Source of the DNA: a virus
Lineage: Duplodnaviria > Caudoviricetes
Virus record (IMG/VR): IMGVR_UViG_3300049329_000004
Span: 1 to 41,076 of that record
DNA: 41,076 nt
Direction: 5' to 3' (one strand)
Each line of letters starts with the position of its first letter. Position 1 is the stretch's first letter. The position numbers and the translations under genes were made by a program. Of the stretch, positions 6,906-16,405 are shown piece by piece. The notes under the pieces are model-generated. The model was not told where the DNA came from and searched no databases. It saw nothing but the letters and a program-made list of their open reading frames with translations.

Positions 6906-9008
6906 TTATGTTGCTTGCTCTAACTTGATGATTTTTTCGTTTAGCTCTTTGACTGCGGTCAATAACATGGGCACTAATACGCTGTACTTGACACTTTTAG
7001 TCACGGTTCCGGTAGGTTCAGCAGTCGATATAATCTCGCCTTTTTCGTTGGTCTCTTCCTTCAGCTCCGTATCAGGGACGCTATCAACTAACCCGGGAAA
7101 GATTTCTTCTACTTCCTGAGCAATTAAGCCAAGCTGAGTGGGTTTATCCGATTGTTGAGTTTTATAGCTAAATCTCACTACGTTTAGTTTGCATAGATCG
7201 TCTAAGTAATTGCGGGCGGGCGTAATGTTTTCTTTTAGCTTGATGTCAGAGATTGCGCCATAAACGTTGTTGACGTTTCTTATGTCTCCATTATTGGAAA
7301 ATTCAGTTACTTTCGTTCCGGTGCCGCCAACGTTTGAATAAAAGGCTATGCCTAAACTGCCGCCCGCGCTGCTCGCGTTATAAAACGCAGTTATTCCTTT
7401 ATTAATAAAAGTTTCCACGCCTTGAATACGGCTTATTGTTCCTACCCCAACCCAATCGGAGGTACCGTTAACATGCAATACAGAAGTATCGAAAGAGATG
7501 TTATTAGGGCACGAGACCGCCGTGCTATTCCATTGCACCGTGTCGCCGCCATAATCTTGGCCGATCTTAAAATCACCTAGTATTTCTGTAGGCCCTTGAT
7601 ATGATTTTCCGGATTGAGTACCCCCATTTGGTCCAGGCATAATCGTATAGCAAGGGAAAGTAATCCCCCCATTAATACTAGTGGCTACACCAACAGGAAT
7701 TTCGCCGTATACTCCGCGCACACTGCCGTTTGCGCTGCATCGAATCGCATAGCCGGATGAAATTGGGTCATCCCATTCGCCCCCACGTATTCCTATGTTT
7801 TGTGTGTAGTTGGTGCGATCTGCCCCGGCAGTACTTGGACTACTATAAACCCAGGCTTGCCCCATTCTGAGCAAGTCATAAGCAACCTGCTCAAAACGAG
7901 GATTGATAAATTCAATGTGTCTTACCCTTGGCCCAGCGACAGAGACAAGATCCCTGGGATCCAAAGTAATCCCGCGTAATGAATTCTCGGCGCGGAAGTT
8001 GATAAACGTTTGTGCATCGACCACTTCATCATCTGCGTCAGGACAAAGCAATAGAGCATAGGCCGCAGATTCCGCCGAGTCTCCTACATGTGTCCCTAAC
8101 GTAGTCATCGAGCCATAATGATGGCCGATATAACAAGCATTGGCATGGCAGTTATAAGTATTAAGCGGCCAGCTGGATTTATAGTAAAAGCCCTTGTAGC
8201 AACGACGAACAATAATATTTTCTAGCGAAACATCCAGCGCACAATTAAGCTCAATCCCAACGGTAGTGCCGTCAGGAGTAGGGTTAATTATTCCGCCAGA
8301 GACAGTGCAATTTTGGGTTTCAGGGCCAAGAATTTTTAAATCTCTAACAACGCAAATTCCTGTTTCGTGAACTTGAGGAATTCCTGTTGCCCCGATCTTA
8401 AGAAGCGAGCCCGTAGTCAGGGCAGACGCAGACCAATCCAAGGTTGCCCCGTTTCCTTGGATAACCCATGTTTGCACTAATGAGTTAGATACGGTTTCGA
8501 TTAACGTTATAACCCCGCTCATTGGGTACTTAATACCAGTACCAAAATGCAGTGTTCCACTATTAGATTTAATGTGATTTAGAGCATTTTGGATTGCAGT
8601 AGTATTAGCATTCCCCGATGCGCTTGCCGATGCGCCAAAATCAGCCACATGGACAACATCTCTTAATTTATCTTCGAGTGTTCTTGTTACGGCTCCTGTT
8701 CCGGCTGGAGTGAAGCCCACATCAAGGGAATCAGCAGATACGGCCTCAATATTGTCCTGCGTCCAGATAGGTCCTTCGTTGGCATCTTTTAATACGTATT
8801 TATACGGTCCTGTGGCGAGATAAATATCCGCTTCACCGCGTGAATCCAGAATAATCGGATTGGCGTTTGGTACGGCGCCAGCGCTATCGGTATAAGTTGT
8901 TTTTGGTGTAGTGGTGCCAGCGGTATAGGTATAAAGTTTGCCGCCGACCAAGGGATCGCCGTTGCTATCAAAAAACTGTAGCGTTGGCGATGGTGAGAGT
9001 GATGCCAT
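6906..9008 (-). CDS. Tailspike: virion-binding N-domain, beta-helix body, C-terminal peptidase S74 chaperone
   Basis: QFFDSNGDPLVGGKLYTY.AGTTTP N-domain, V.DFGA beta-helix entry, SD..LKENI...GLIAQEVE ICA motif; GGAG RBS supports ATG 9008. Confidence 0.88.
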   Translation of the reverse strand: MASLSPSPTLQFFDSNGDPLVGGKLYTYTAGTTTPKTTYTDSAGAVPNANPIILDSRGEADIYLATGPYKYVLKDANEGPIWTQDNIEAVSADSLDVGFTPAGTGAVTRTLEDKLRDVVHVADFGASASASGNANTTAIQNALNHIKSNSGTLHFGTGIKYPMSGVITLIETVSNSLVQTWVIQGNGATLDWSASALTTGSLLKIGATGIPQVHETGICVVRDLKILGPETQNCTVSGGIINPTPDGTTVGIELNCALDVSLENIIVRRCYKGFYYKSSWPLNTYNCHANACYIGHHYGSMTTLGTHVGDSAESAAYALLLCPDADDEVVDAQTFINFRAENSLRGITLDPRDLVSVAGPRVRHIEFINPRFEQVAYDLLRMGQAWVYSSPSTAGADRTNYTQNIGIRGGEWDDPISSGYAIRCSANGSVRGVYGEIPVGVATSINGGITFPCYTIMPGPNGGTQSGKSYQGPTEILGDFKIGQDYGGDTVQWNSTAVSCPNNISFDTSVLHVNGTSDWVGVGTISRIQGVETFINKGITAFYNASSAGGSLGIAFYSNVGGTGTKVTEFSNNGDIRNVNNVYGAISDIKLKENITPARNYLDDLCKLNVVRFSYKTQQSDKPTQLGLIAQEVEEIFPGLVDSVPDTELKEETNEKGEIISTAEPTGTVTKSVKYSVLVPMLLTAVKELNEKIIKLEQAT

Positions 9009-9024
9009 AATTTCTCCGGGCAAT

Positions 9025-9047
9025 AAAAAAGCCGCATCTAGCGGCTT
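9025..9047 (-). terminator. Intrinsic terminator before tailspike
   Basis: AAGCCGC-TAGAT-GCGGC-T6 on the - strand. Confidence 0.7.
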
Positions 9048-9066
9048 GGTTTGTTACAATTCGTTT

Positions 9067-9234
9067 ATGAGTACTTGGACCTTAGCAATTATCCTAAAGC
9101 CAATCGTTTATCTTCTATTCTTTGTTTGTATTCTGCTGCCTGTAAGGGTAGCGGTTATGCATTGGATGCCGGAAGGTCGATTAAAGCGCATTTTGTTGTT
9201 ACCGGTTTTGAAGGACAACATCGGTAGCAAGTAG
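9067..9234 (+). CDS. Small antisense-oriented membrane protein (moron; superinfection-exclusion candidate)
   Basis: MSTWTLAIILKPIVYLLFFVCILLPV...; preceded by TG-T-TACAAT 6 nt before ATG. Confidence 0.6.
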   Translation: MSTWTLAIILKPIVYLLFFVCILLPVRVAVMHWMPEGRLKRILLLPVLKDNIGSK

Positions 9235-11220
9235 TGGTGCTAAGCGATTAACCATCGGGTTATTCGCTATTCTGGCAGGCAGTGTTACACCTAATCCTGG
9301 CGCATAAGACGGCGCTTGAGTGGCCATCCGTTGATATAAATCTGATAACAGTACCGAACGTACTGCTGGTCTTGCGCCTATTCCAGCAAGTGCCGCGACA
9401 TTCCCTGATGCCGCAGTCGATAACCCCCCCACCGCATAATCTAATGGGCTTACCCCGGGTGTGCTGCTGGTAATTTCCTGCGCTGCTTTGGGAAATGCTT
9501 GTGAGAATTGCCCCGCTGTTTTCAATTCGCCGCTTAAATACTTACCTTTTCGTAATGCCCCGCCAAGCTTTTGTGCGGCAACATTGCTAGTGCTTTCATT
9601 TAAAGCATTTTCAACCGTATAGGTTTTAGCAATTAGTGTTCTGGCTTTTCTAAACTCTTTTACCAAATTACCTTTTCCAGATTGTTGTAAGTTTCGTTCT
9701 GCCAAGCTTTCCAAAGCATCGGCAGCCTCTATTTGTGCATTGCCGAGTATCTTTTTGGCCGGGTCAGCAGTTCTAGCTGCTGAGGCTAAATTGCCTTGGC
9801 CGTTATAGCGCAAGCTCTTAATGGCCTCAATTGCACCTTTAGGCGAGAATTCATTTTTGGATAAAGCTTGAATGACTTTATCCACCCCTTCGGTGCCCAG
9901 CTCTGGAAATTCCTTTACAAAATCTGAATAGCCCTTTCCTAGCGATTGAACCTCTGCTGAGAATTGCTCGTCTGGCACAAACTTATTCGCATACTTTGCA
10001 ACCGCATCATAAGCCTTACCGGCTTGCGCTCTGACACCTCGCAAGGTTTCCTTAGTCAATGGCGCGTCTTCGGCTAAGCCTAGCGCCTTTTTTGCAAGCT
10101 TATTAGTAACTTCTTGGTTTTTGACTGATGCTGCTTGCGCGGTTTGGATCTTGCCGGAAAATCCTTCTAGTGCTCGATTAGCCAATGACGGATTAGCTTG
10201 CGAGGGTGGAATTACATAACCCGCTTCACGTGCCGCAGCAACAGTTGCATCTTTTGTGGCGTTCTGTGATTGTTGCGTAGCAAGCTGCGCTGTTCGGTTA
10301 GCTAATCTGTCGCCAAGCACTTTCGCAACTTTGTCACCTATAGCTTTTCCGGCCAGCCCAGATCCAACTCCCACCGCAGTATTCAAACCTCTGGATTCGC
10401 CTTCGGCGGTCGGTTGTAATGCACCTAATGCTCCTCCCACAAGCGCTGCGCCAGTGTAGGTATTTGCGCCTGGCACCAAGGCAGTAGGTACAAACGCGGC
10501 CACATTCCCCGCAATATTCCCAACCGCACCTGCCGTAGTTGCCATCAAAGGCGCATCTAAGGCTCGCGCTTCATCTATTTGGGTTTGCACATCAGCAGCG
10601 GTTTGATCGGACACTAAGCCGACTTTATTTCCAGCTTGGGTAGCGACTTGCTTCACACCACGGCCTAAATCAACCAAGGCTTTACCAGCCCCAGCAGCTA
10701 ATCGCTGGCCTGTGCTCATGCCTTCCGTTGGATTATATTGCTGTGGTTTTGCTGGCGGTTGCGTGCTGATTAATTCAAACCCTGCCGGAGGCGGAGGTGT
10801 GCCTTGTGCTTTAGTAGGTGTATCAATCAATTCAAACCCTGGCGGAGGCTTGGCTGGATTAGCGGTAGTTAGTCGGTTGGTCACCTTAGTGACATAGCCT
10901 TGTGTTTCCTTAAAAGGTGGCACACCACCGTATTTATCTACAGCACCAGGGCCAGCATTGTAGGCAGCCAACGCTAATTTCACATCGCCATATTTCTTAA
11001 GGTTCTGCGATAAGTATCTTGCAGCACCTTCGGCGGCTTGTGTGGGATCAAGTGGATTAACACCTAGGTCTTTAGCCGTAGCTGGCATGATCTGAAATAA
11101 GCCTTGCGCACCTTTTGGGCTAACCGCTTTTGGATTGCCACCAGATTCCACGCGAGAAACCGCATGCAATAGCCCGCTAGGGAGGTTATAGCGCTGCTCT
11201 AATTCTTCAAAGAGCGCCAT
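9199..11220 (-). CDS. DNA ejection protein with N-terminal lytic transglycosylase (SLT) domain
   Basis: VESGGNPKAVSPKGAQGLFQIMP and AAYNAG motifs; Ala/Gly-rich helical body; position. Confidence 0.85.
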   Translation of the reverse strand: MALFEELEQRYNLPSGLLHAVSRVESGGNPKAVSPKGAQGLFQIMPATAKDLGVNPLDPTQAAEGAARYLSQNLKKYGDVKLALAAYNAGPGAVDKYGGVPPFKETQGYVTKVTNRLTTANPAKPPPGFELIDTPTKAQGTPPPPAGFELISTQPPAKPQQYNPTEGMSTGQRLAAGAGKALVDLGRGVKQVATQAGNKVGLVSDQTAADVQTQIDEARALDAPLMATTAGAVGNIAGNVAAFVPTALVPGANTYTGAALVGGALGALQPTAEGESRGLNTAVGVGSGLAGKAIGDKVAKVLGDRLANRTAQLATQQSQNATKDATVAAAREAGYVIPPSQANPSLANRALEGFSGKIQTAQAASVKNQEVTNKLAKKALGLAEDAPLTKETLRGVRAQAGKAYDAVAKYANKFVPDEQFSAEVQSLGKGYSDFVKEFPELGTEGVDKVIQALSKNEFSPKGAIEAIKSLRYNGQGNLASAARTADPAKKILGNAQIEAADALESLAERNLQQSGKGNLVKEFRKARTLIAKTYTVENALNESTSNVAAQKLGGALRKGKYLSGELKTAGQFSQAFPKAAQEITSSTPGVSPLDYAVGGLSTAASGNVAALAGIGARPAVRSVLLSDLYQRMATQAPSYAPGLGVTLPARIANNPMVNRLAPLLATDVVLQNR

Positions 11221-12428
11221 TATCTAACTGGAATCCACCGATTGCCGTCGAACTCTACTACTGCGCCAGTTTGAGGGTTTCTGGCTCTAGGGCGAGCGGT
11301 TTGTTGTGATGGCGGAGAATTCGTAGCGCTTCCTGCCGGTCCAGCCATGGTCCTTAATCCTTCGATAGCGGTTTGCCGGTTCGATTTTTTCTGTTCGATA
11401 ACTTCTTGACTATCCCCAGGTTGTGGAAAATATTGACGCCTAGCATTGGAAAATTCAGAAGGAGAAATTACCGCGCCGGATTCTTGCCGCAAGATGGCAT
11501 TAACAAAGTTACGCTGTGCTTGCTCCGCTTTCTGTGATTCTTTGGAAAGGGCTTTGTTTGCAATGGCTTCTGTCGTTGGCCCACCAATAAACGAATTAGA
11601 GATACCTTCTTTTACATTAATAGCATATGGGCTGTATTTGCCCTCCAGGTCAGCAATAATCTTGTCAGATTCCGTCGCGCGGGTAGCATAGAGATTAGCT
11701 TTACCTTGGGCTTCGGTCAGCTTGGTAGGAGACTTGATATTTAGGGGCTGGCCGCCTTGTGTGACGGATGTCGCTTCGCCCGTATCTTTATTTACGATTA
11801 CGCCACGTTCAGCATCGTATTGAATACGATCACGGCTAGCAGTTTCTCGCGCTCGCGCATTAGTTAAATCCTGGCCGCGCATTGTTACTCCACGATTAAG
11901 ACCAGCCTCCAATAATCTAATTTCATTTGCGATTTGGTCTTTTATCGGTATAGCTTCCCGCCTTTTTTGCTCGATAAAATTAGGATCGTAAGTTTCTGGT
12001 GTATTGGATATATCTATGTTCTGGCTAGCAAGAAACTGCCTACCTGCCGCATATTCCTGAGGGCTTCTAGCGTTCCCCAGTGTTTGATCAACCATTTGAA
12101 ATTGCTGCGCTGTTGCTTTTAGCTGAGAGAGTCTCTGCTCGGCTTCCAATTTTTTCTGCTCAGAAAGTGTTTTCTGTAACGCGATAGCAGGTTTATAGGC
12201 GCCAGCAGTTAGCGCTGCTTTGCTAGCTGCTTCTAAATCACCGCCGCTTTGCGACAATATTTCTCTTAAGCGATTTTCATCGGCAATGCCTTGCTCTAGC
12301 TGTTGGCCCTGCAAGCCAGCTAACTTATTTTGTTGCAGCGCAGATTGCACCGCCAAAGCCTTAGCATAACTATCGAGCGGGCCTTCTGGTGGCCGAATGT
12401 GTAAGGCAATAGATGGGTCAATTGGCAT
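11220..12428 (-). CDS. DNA ejection / internal virion protein
   Basis: Gln/Ala-rich with RGQD motif; lies between two other ejection genes. Confidence 0.75.
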   Translation of the reverse strand: MPIDPSIALHIRPPEGPLDSYAKALAVQSALQQNKLAGLQGQQLEQGIADENRLREILSQSGGDLEAASKAALTAGAYKPAIALQKTLSEQKKLEAEQRLSQLKATAQQFQMVDQTLGNARSPQEYAAGRQFLASQNIDISNTPETYDPNFIEQKRREAIPIKDQIANEIRLLEAGLNRGVTMRGQDLTNARARETASRDRIQYDAERGVIVNKDTGEATSVTQGGQPLNIKSPTKLTEAQGKANLYATRATESDKIIADLEGKYSPYAINVKEGISNSFIGGPTTEAIANKALSKESQKAEQAQRNFVNAILRQESGAVISPSEFSNARRQYFPQPGDSQEVIEQKKSNRQTAIEGLRTMAGPAGSATNSPPSQQTARPRARNPQTGAVVEFDGNRWIPVR

Positions 12429-12433
12429 AGTTT

Positions 12434-13411
12434 TTACCCGTATAGGTCGCCATAGCGATTAGCAGAGGCGTAATCAAACCCTCCATACGAATTAGCATAT
12501 GGGTTTGTATTTGCGCCACCAACACCACCTAGCTGACTTAAGTAATTCTGCTGCTGATAGTTTCCGATTCCACTATTAATAGCATTCGCCGCACCGATGT
12601 AGCCGGAAGCTCTGGCATTGCCGGCCCCGGTAATATTGTTGGCTAGGCTTTGGCCCAATACGCTGCTTTGATTACCCAGCTGTTGCACCGCCGTCTGGCC
12701 AATGCCAGAGATAGCGGCCAAGCGATTAAACTTATTGGTTTGGTTTAGATTGAAGCGGTTATAGGCATTGGAATATTCATCGGATGCTAAATTACCTGAA
12801 CGTTCTAACAAGGCCTTCAAAGTGGCACCAGAATTAAAGCGGCCTCTTGCCCCGGCAGATCGATTAATGGCTTTTTCCTGTTCCGCTAATCTAAAGCCAT
12901 AGCCAGGGTCGGTCTGAAAATCAGCCAGAGAAAAACTTCTCAATAGCTCGCCCGTTTGTGGGTCTATCGCCCCTGTGGCATTTGTGGCGGCGGCTGGTGC
13001 AGTCGTAGTCGTTAATGGCTGATTCTGTAATGCTGCTTTAGCTTGGTTTAGCCTAGCAACCGCGCTGCCATACAAAGCCTGGGTTGCATCGGCACTATTT
13101 TCTATAGGCTGTAAATTATAGAAATCATGTAATGCGTTTAAATAATTATTAAGTGCATTGGTAGGAATTTGCTGACTTCCAGCGGCCTGCTGAGCGGGAG
13201 CGGTTCCCGTGCCATTAAGTCCCAGCAATACCGCAAGCTTATTTAAGCCTTGCTCGCCAACACGACGATAAGGTTCCGATAGGGCACTTTGCTTATCGAA
13301 TAATTGAAGTTGAGTGTCGGAAGCTTTATTAGCAGCGTCTTGTTGCGCATCTGCGGCAAGGCTAGAGCCAATTAAACCAACCCCGGCACCTATTACGGCT
13401 GCGAATGGCAT
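12434..13411 (-). CDS. DNA ejection/pilot protein (P22 gp7-like)
   Basis: Hydrophobic Gly/Ala N-terminus; DPGY.FR......AI..SA.ARG...SGAT.KAL motif. Confidence 0.8.
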   Translation of the reverse strand: MPFAAVIGAGVGLIGSSLAADAQQDAANKASDTQLQLFDKQSALSEPYRRVGEQGLNKLAVLLGLNGTGTAPAQQAAGSQQIPTNALNNYLNALHDFYNLQPIENSADATQALYGSAVARLNQAKAALQNQPLTTTTAPAAATNATGAIDPQTGELLRSFSLADFQTDPGYGFRLAEQEKAINRSAGARGRFNSGATLKALLERSGNLASDEYSNAYNRFNLNQTNKFNRLAAISGIGQTAVQQLGNQSSVLGQSLANNITGAGNARASGYIGAANAINSGIGNYQQQNYLSQLGGVGGANTNPYANSYGGFDYASANRYGDLYG

Positions 13412-13412
13412 C

Positions 13413-13736
13413 TTAGTTCTCCTTGATTAGAACTTGGTCGATATTTTCAGCATCGGTTTCGTTCGTTGCATGTATGCAGTACCAAACCACATCTTCTATT
13501 GCTGTGATCTTGTGCGTAACCCCGGCCTTAATTTCAATGCAAGCAGGAGCGGAATAAACCGTTTTTTCGTCATTTGCCTCAACCATAGCTATGCCGCTGG
13601 CTAAAACACTTAAATGGCTATATTTATGTTTGTGCGATAAAGCGCAATGGTTACTTGGCAACATCATTTGTTTCGCATACAAGCCATCGGAAAAATAATG
13701 TTGAGTACCTAAAAATTTATCTAGTAAGTTACCCAT
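13413..13736 (-). CDS. Cupin-fold protein
   Basis: HKHKYSH and later H metal-binding cupin motifs; WYCIH. Confidence 0.8.
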   Translation of the reverse strand: MGNLLDKFLGTQHYFSDGLYAKQMMLPSNHCALSHKHKYSHLSVLASGIAMVEANDEKTVYSAPACIEIKAGVTHKITAIEDVVWYCIHATNETDAENIDQVLIKEN

Positions 13737-14286
13737 CGCATCTCAAACAAATAATTAGGGTTATACGATCCGTATCGCCGCTGTTCTTTACTTCGTGCTC
13801 TAGCGTGTTATTGAAGTACCAAACCTCACCAGACGACATAACCACTTGTTCATCTTCAACCCGATTGAAGCACTGCGGATTGCTCAAAATCGGTACATAA
13901 AGTTTTACGTTGTAATACTCTGGATGCCAGCCTTTATCGGCATGTGGTAGCACATGGCCATTCGGTGGAATCTTAGTAATTAATATAGCGCCAAGCCTTA
14001 CCGCTTCGCAGCGGGCCATTAAGCCAAAGATAATGGGTCTTAATTGCGGCAGCTGGTAATAAGGCGGATGCCACACGGAATCATGCTGCGCCGTGAATTC
14101 TTCGTAACCTTTATCTAGATTCTTCAGATCGTTATAACGAATCCATATATCGGAGGTAGCTTTATGCGCTGAACCTTCAAATTCTTTTCTATCATTGTTT
14201 TGGTCCCATAATTCCGGCTGTCTTTGTAGTGCCAAGCCTAGTGGAATAACATCTATTCCTTCCGCTATCTTTAAAAAATGCTTCAA
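13729..14286 (-). CDS. Aspartyl/asparaginyl beta-hydroxylase family 2OG-Fe(II) dioxygenase
   Basis: PHAD (HxD), GEVWYFNN..EHEV.N (distal His), DRITL (2OG-binding Arg). Confidence 0.88.
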   Translation of the reverse strand: MKHFLKIAEGIDVIPLGLALQRQPELWDQNNDRKEFEGSAHKATSDIWIRYNDLKNLDKGYEEFTAQHDSVWHPPYYQLPQLRPIIFGLMARCEAVRLGAILITKIPPNGHVLPHADKGWHPEYYNVKLYVPILSNPQCFNRVEDEQVVMSSGEVWYFNNTLEHEVKNSGDTDRITLIICLRCDG

Positions 14287-14621
14287 GTAACCTCAACCCC
14301 GCTCACAACCAAAGTAATCGCAGTTGCCGACCCTGCTAAGGCTTGGATAAATCCTGCTGCCTCCAGCACATGATTAACCAGCTCTGGGCAATTGTAGGTT
14401 TCACCAGCCGCAATACTCTTGGCGGAAATTAAGGTATTGGTAGCTCCAGCAGTGCCGCCGCTCGAAATGAGATAAACCGTCGCGGTTACCGCGCCTGCGG
14501 TCGTGTTTACTAGAGAAGCGGCTTTAATTACCGCTTTGGTATTAGCGCCAGCCGTGTAATAAGTGGCGGCGGAAGCAGTGAGCTGCGAGCCATTGACTAA
14601 GCGTTTTACTGTAGTTGCCAT
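14283..14621 (-). CDS. Virion structural protein (small beta-rich)
   Basis: Thr/Ala-rich; in tail block. Confidence 0.65.
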   Translation of the reverse strand: MATTVKRLVNGSQLTASAATYYTAGANTKAVIKAASLVNTTAGAVTATVYLISSGGTAGATNTLISAKSIAAGETYNCPELVNHVLEAAGFIQALAGSATAITLVVSGVEVT

Positions 14622-14996
14622 CTAAAATATCCCCGCAATTTCTATATCGTTTATCCGTTTTTGCAGTTCATGATTCGGTTGTTGAATCATTAATAGCTCG
14701 GTGCTTAAATTGGTCAGTGCTTTTTTAAGCTCTGCTAAATCTGCTACCGGCTGAAATTCCAAAGCGATTGGCAGGTTGCCAAGCTGTTTCTTAAGTTCTG
14801 CGGCTTCAGCGCCGTATTCTGGAATCGCTAAAATACTGCTTTCAACACTGGTAATAATTGCATCAACATCGGTTATGTTTCCCGTGTTAACATTAACTTC
14901 GCCGCCTAATTCTTCGAAGAATCGATACCATTCTCTCGCCATCAACCCCGTCTTTTCATCCAGAAAAGGTGTGCGCGGTGGCAGGATCTTGATCAT
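14622..14996 (-). CDS. Tail accessory protein (needle/plug position, coiled coil)
   Basis: PPR.PF.D..TG...REWYRFF N-terminus; directly after gp10-like gene. Confidence 0.6.
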   Translation of the reverse strand: MIKILPPRTPFLDEKTGLMAREWYRFFEELGGEVNVNTGNITDVDAIITSVESSILAIPEYGAEAAELKKQLGNLPIALEFQPVADLAELKKALTNLSTELLMIQQPNHELQKRINDIEIAGIF

Positions 14997-16405
14997 TGAT
15001 TAATATCTGCGCCGATAAGCGCAATCTTCACGGGGTCCGTACCGGATATCTCAAATATACGGTTTGTTTTCTTACGCGACATCCCAAGGCGGCGCCACTT
15101 AACACGCGCACCGTATTCACCGATCCGCCCCATTGAGCGCCAGCGCTCATTGCTCCAGGTATGGCCACCATCATCGGAATAGCGCAATATCATCTGAGGA
15201 TCTGAGCCTTGGCCGCTGGCAAGCCCCACACCTGTTTCACAATCCACTTGCAAGGAACTAAAAATAACTCTTTCTTGGCTTTGTCCTGTAGGTAGCGCTG
15301 GCCAGGAGCGCAGCCACTTTTTTGTGTCTCCGGCATCGGTGTAGGTGTCTAGATTTAGCCGGTATATCTTGCCGTTGCTGTGGTCGCCAACAAGGTATTC
15401 GTTATTAAAGAAGCAAAAGCAATTTGCTCGGTGCCGCTCAAACTGGCTGGTAACGGAATTAAAATAAGCTCGCTCATGCCATAAGCGAGTAGATGCGTCA
15501 TAAACCCAGCTCGTATCCCAATCAGGAGAAGTCAACCATAAATTTTCGTGGCCTTCTTGCTGATAAGAGAAAACAATCGTTCTGTTTAAATCAACGCTAG
15601 ATAAATATTTTTCTAAGGCATGAGTAGAAATGCGGCCAGGGTTATAGCCTCTGGCATACCAGACAATGCAGCAGCCTTTTTCATCCTGCCCCACCCATGC
15701 TAATGAGCCATCAAACTTTGCTACGGCATAGGGAGAAACAATACCTTGCTCAATAAATCGCCCGCTGGTTGCCTCAAACGGAAAATCTGCGGCGCCCGTG
15801 TTGACATAAATTTCAGTAGACTGCGTGCCAAATGCCCACACTTCACGATGGTCTGCTATGACAGCTAATACATCATCTGGCTTACCTTCCGCCGTGATGT
15901 AATCCAGCGGGTCCACCACAGTGCCATCATATTGGCCGGTAATGCCCCATTGACCGGTTCCAATGATGTTGAAAGCAAAGTAAGTGTCGATGAATGCAAC
16001 CGTGTTAGCGTTCACGCTACCCACTTGGGTTAAAGTCGCGGTAGCAATGGTGTAGATATAAAAATAGCTGCCGTCAGCAATAGCAACCTGTAAGCCGTTG
16101 TCATCCATAGAAACAATGCCGTTCGAGGTCAACAAGGTGCCTCGGGCAGTGGCTACATAACCCGTACTAATTTCATAAAGCGTATTGCCGATTACGGCAT
16201 ACATAAAGGGCGTTAATTCACACATGCCCCTAACTTCCGCTATTGCTGGCTGGACCAATTCATCCAAGCCTGGGGTTCCAAAGAAGCCTGCTACTTCTTT
16301 GCCGTCCTTAGTGTCTACAATTTCAGGGTATAAATTAATACAGCGCTGGGCATTTAAATTTAAGCTGCGGGCTTCATAGGTTCCACCCAGGAATGGTGTT
16401 TTCAT
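14993..16405 (-). CDS. Tail hub / packaged DNA stabilisation protein (P22 gp10-like)
   Basis: Q.CINLYPE start, AEG.PD, SDDGG.TWS..RW...G..GEY..R..W.RLG end; 470 aa. Confidence 0.9.
   Translation of the reverse strand: MKTPFLGGTYEARSLNLNAQRCINLYPEIVDTKDGKEVAGFFGTPGLDELVQPAIAEVRGMCELTPFMYAVIGNTLYEISTGYVATARGTLLTSNGIVSMDDNGLQVAIADGSYFYIYTIATATLTQVGSVNANTVAFIDTYFAFNIIGTGQWGITGQYDGTVVDPLDYITAEGKPDDVLAVIADHREVWAFGTQSTEIYVNTGAADFPFEATSGRFIEQGIVSPYAVAKFDGSLAWVGQDEKGCCIVWYARGYNPGRISTHALEKYLSSVDLNRTIVFSYQQEGHENLWLTSPDWDTSWVYDASTRLWHERAYFNSVTSQFERHRANCFCFFNNEYLVGDHSNGKIYRLNLDTYTDAGDTKKWLRSWPALPTGQSQERVIFSSLQVDCETGVGLASGQGSDPQMILRYSDDGGHTWSNERWRSMGRIGEYGARVKWRRLGMSRKKTNRIFEISGTDPVKIALIGADINQ

Noticed and set aside
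10772-10841. Duplicated AATTCAAACCCTG
   Set aside because: Encodes a repeated PP.GFELI linker in the ejection protein; ordinary
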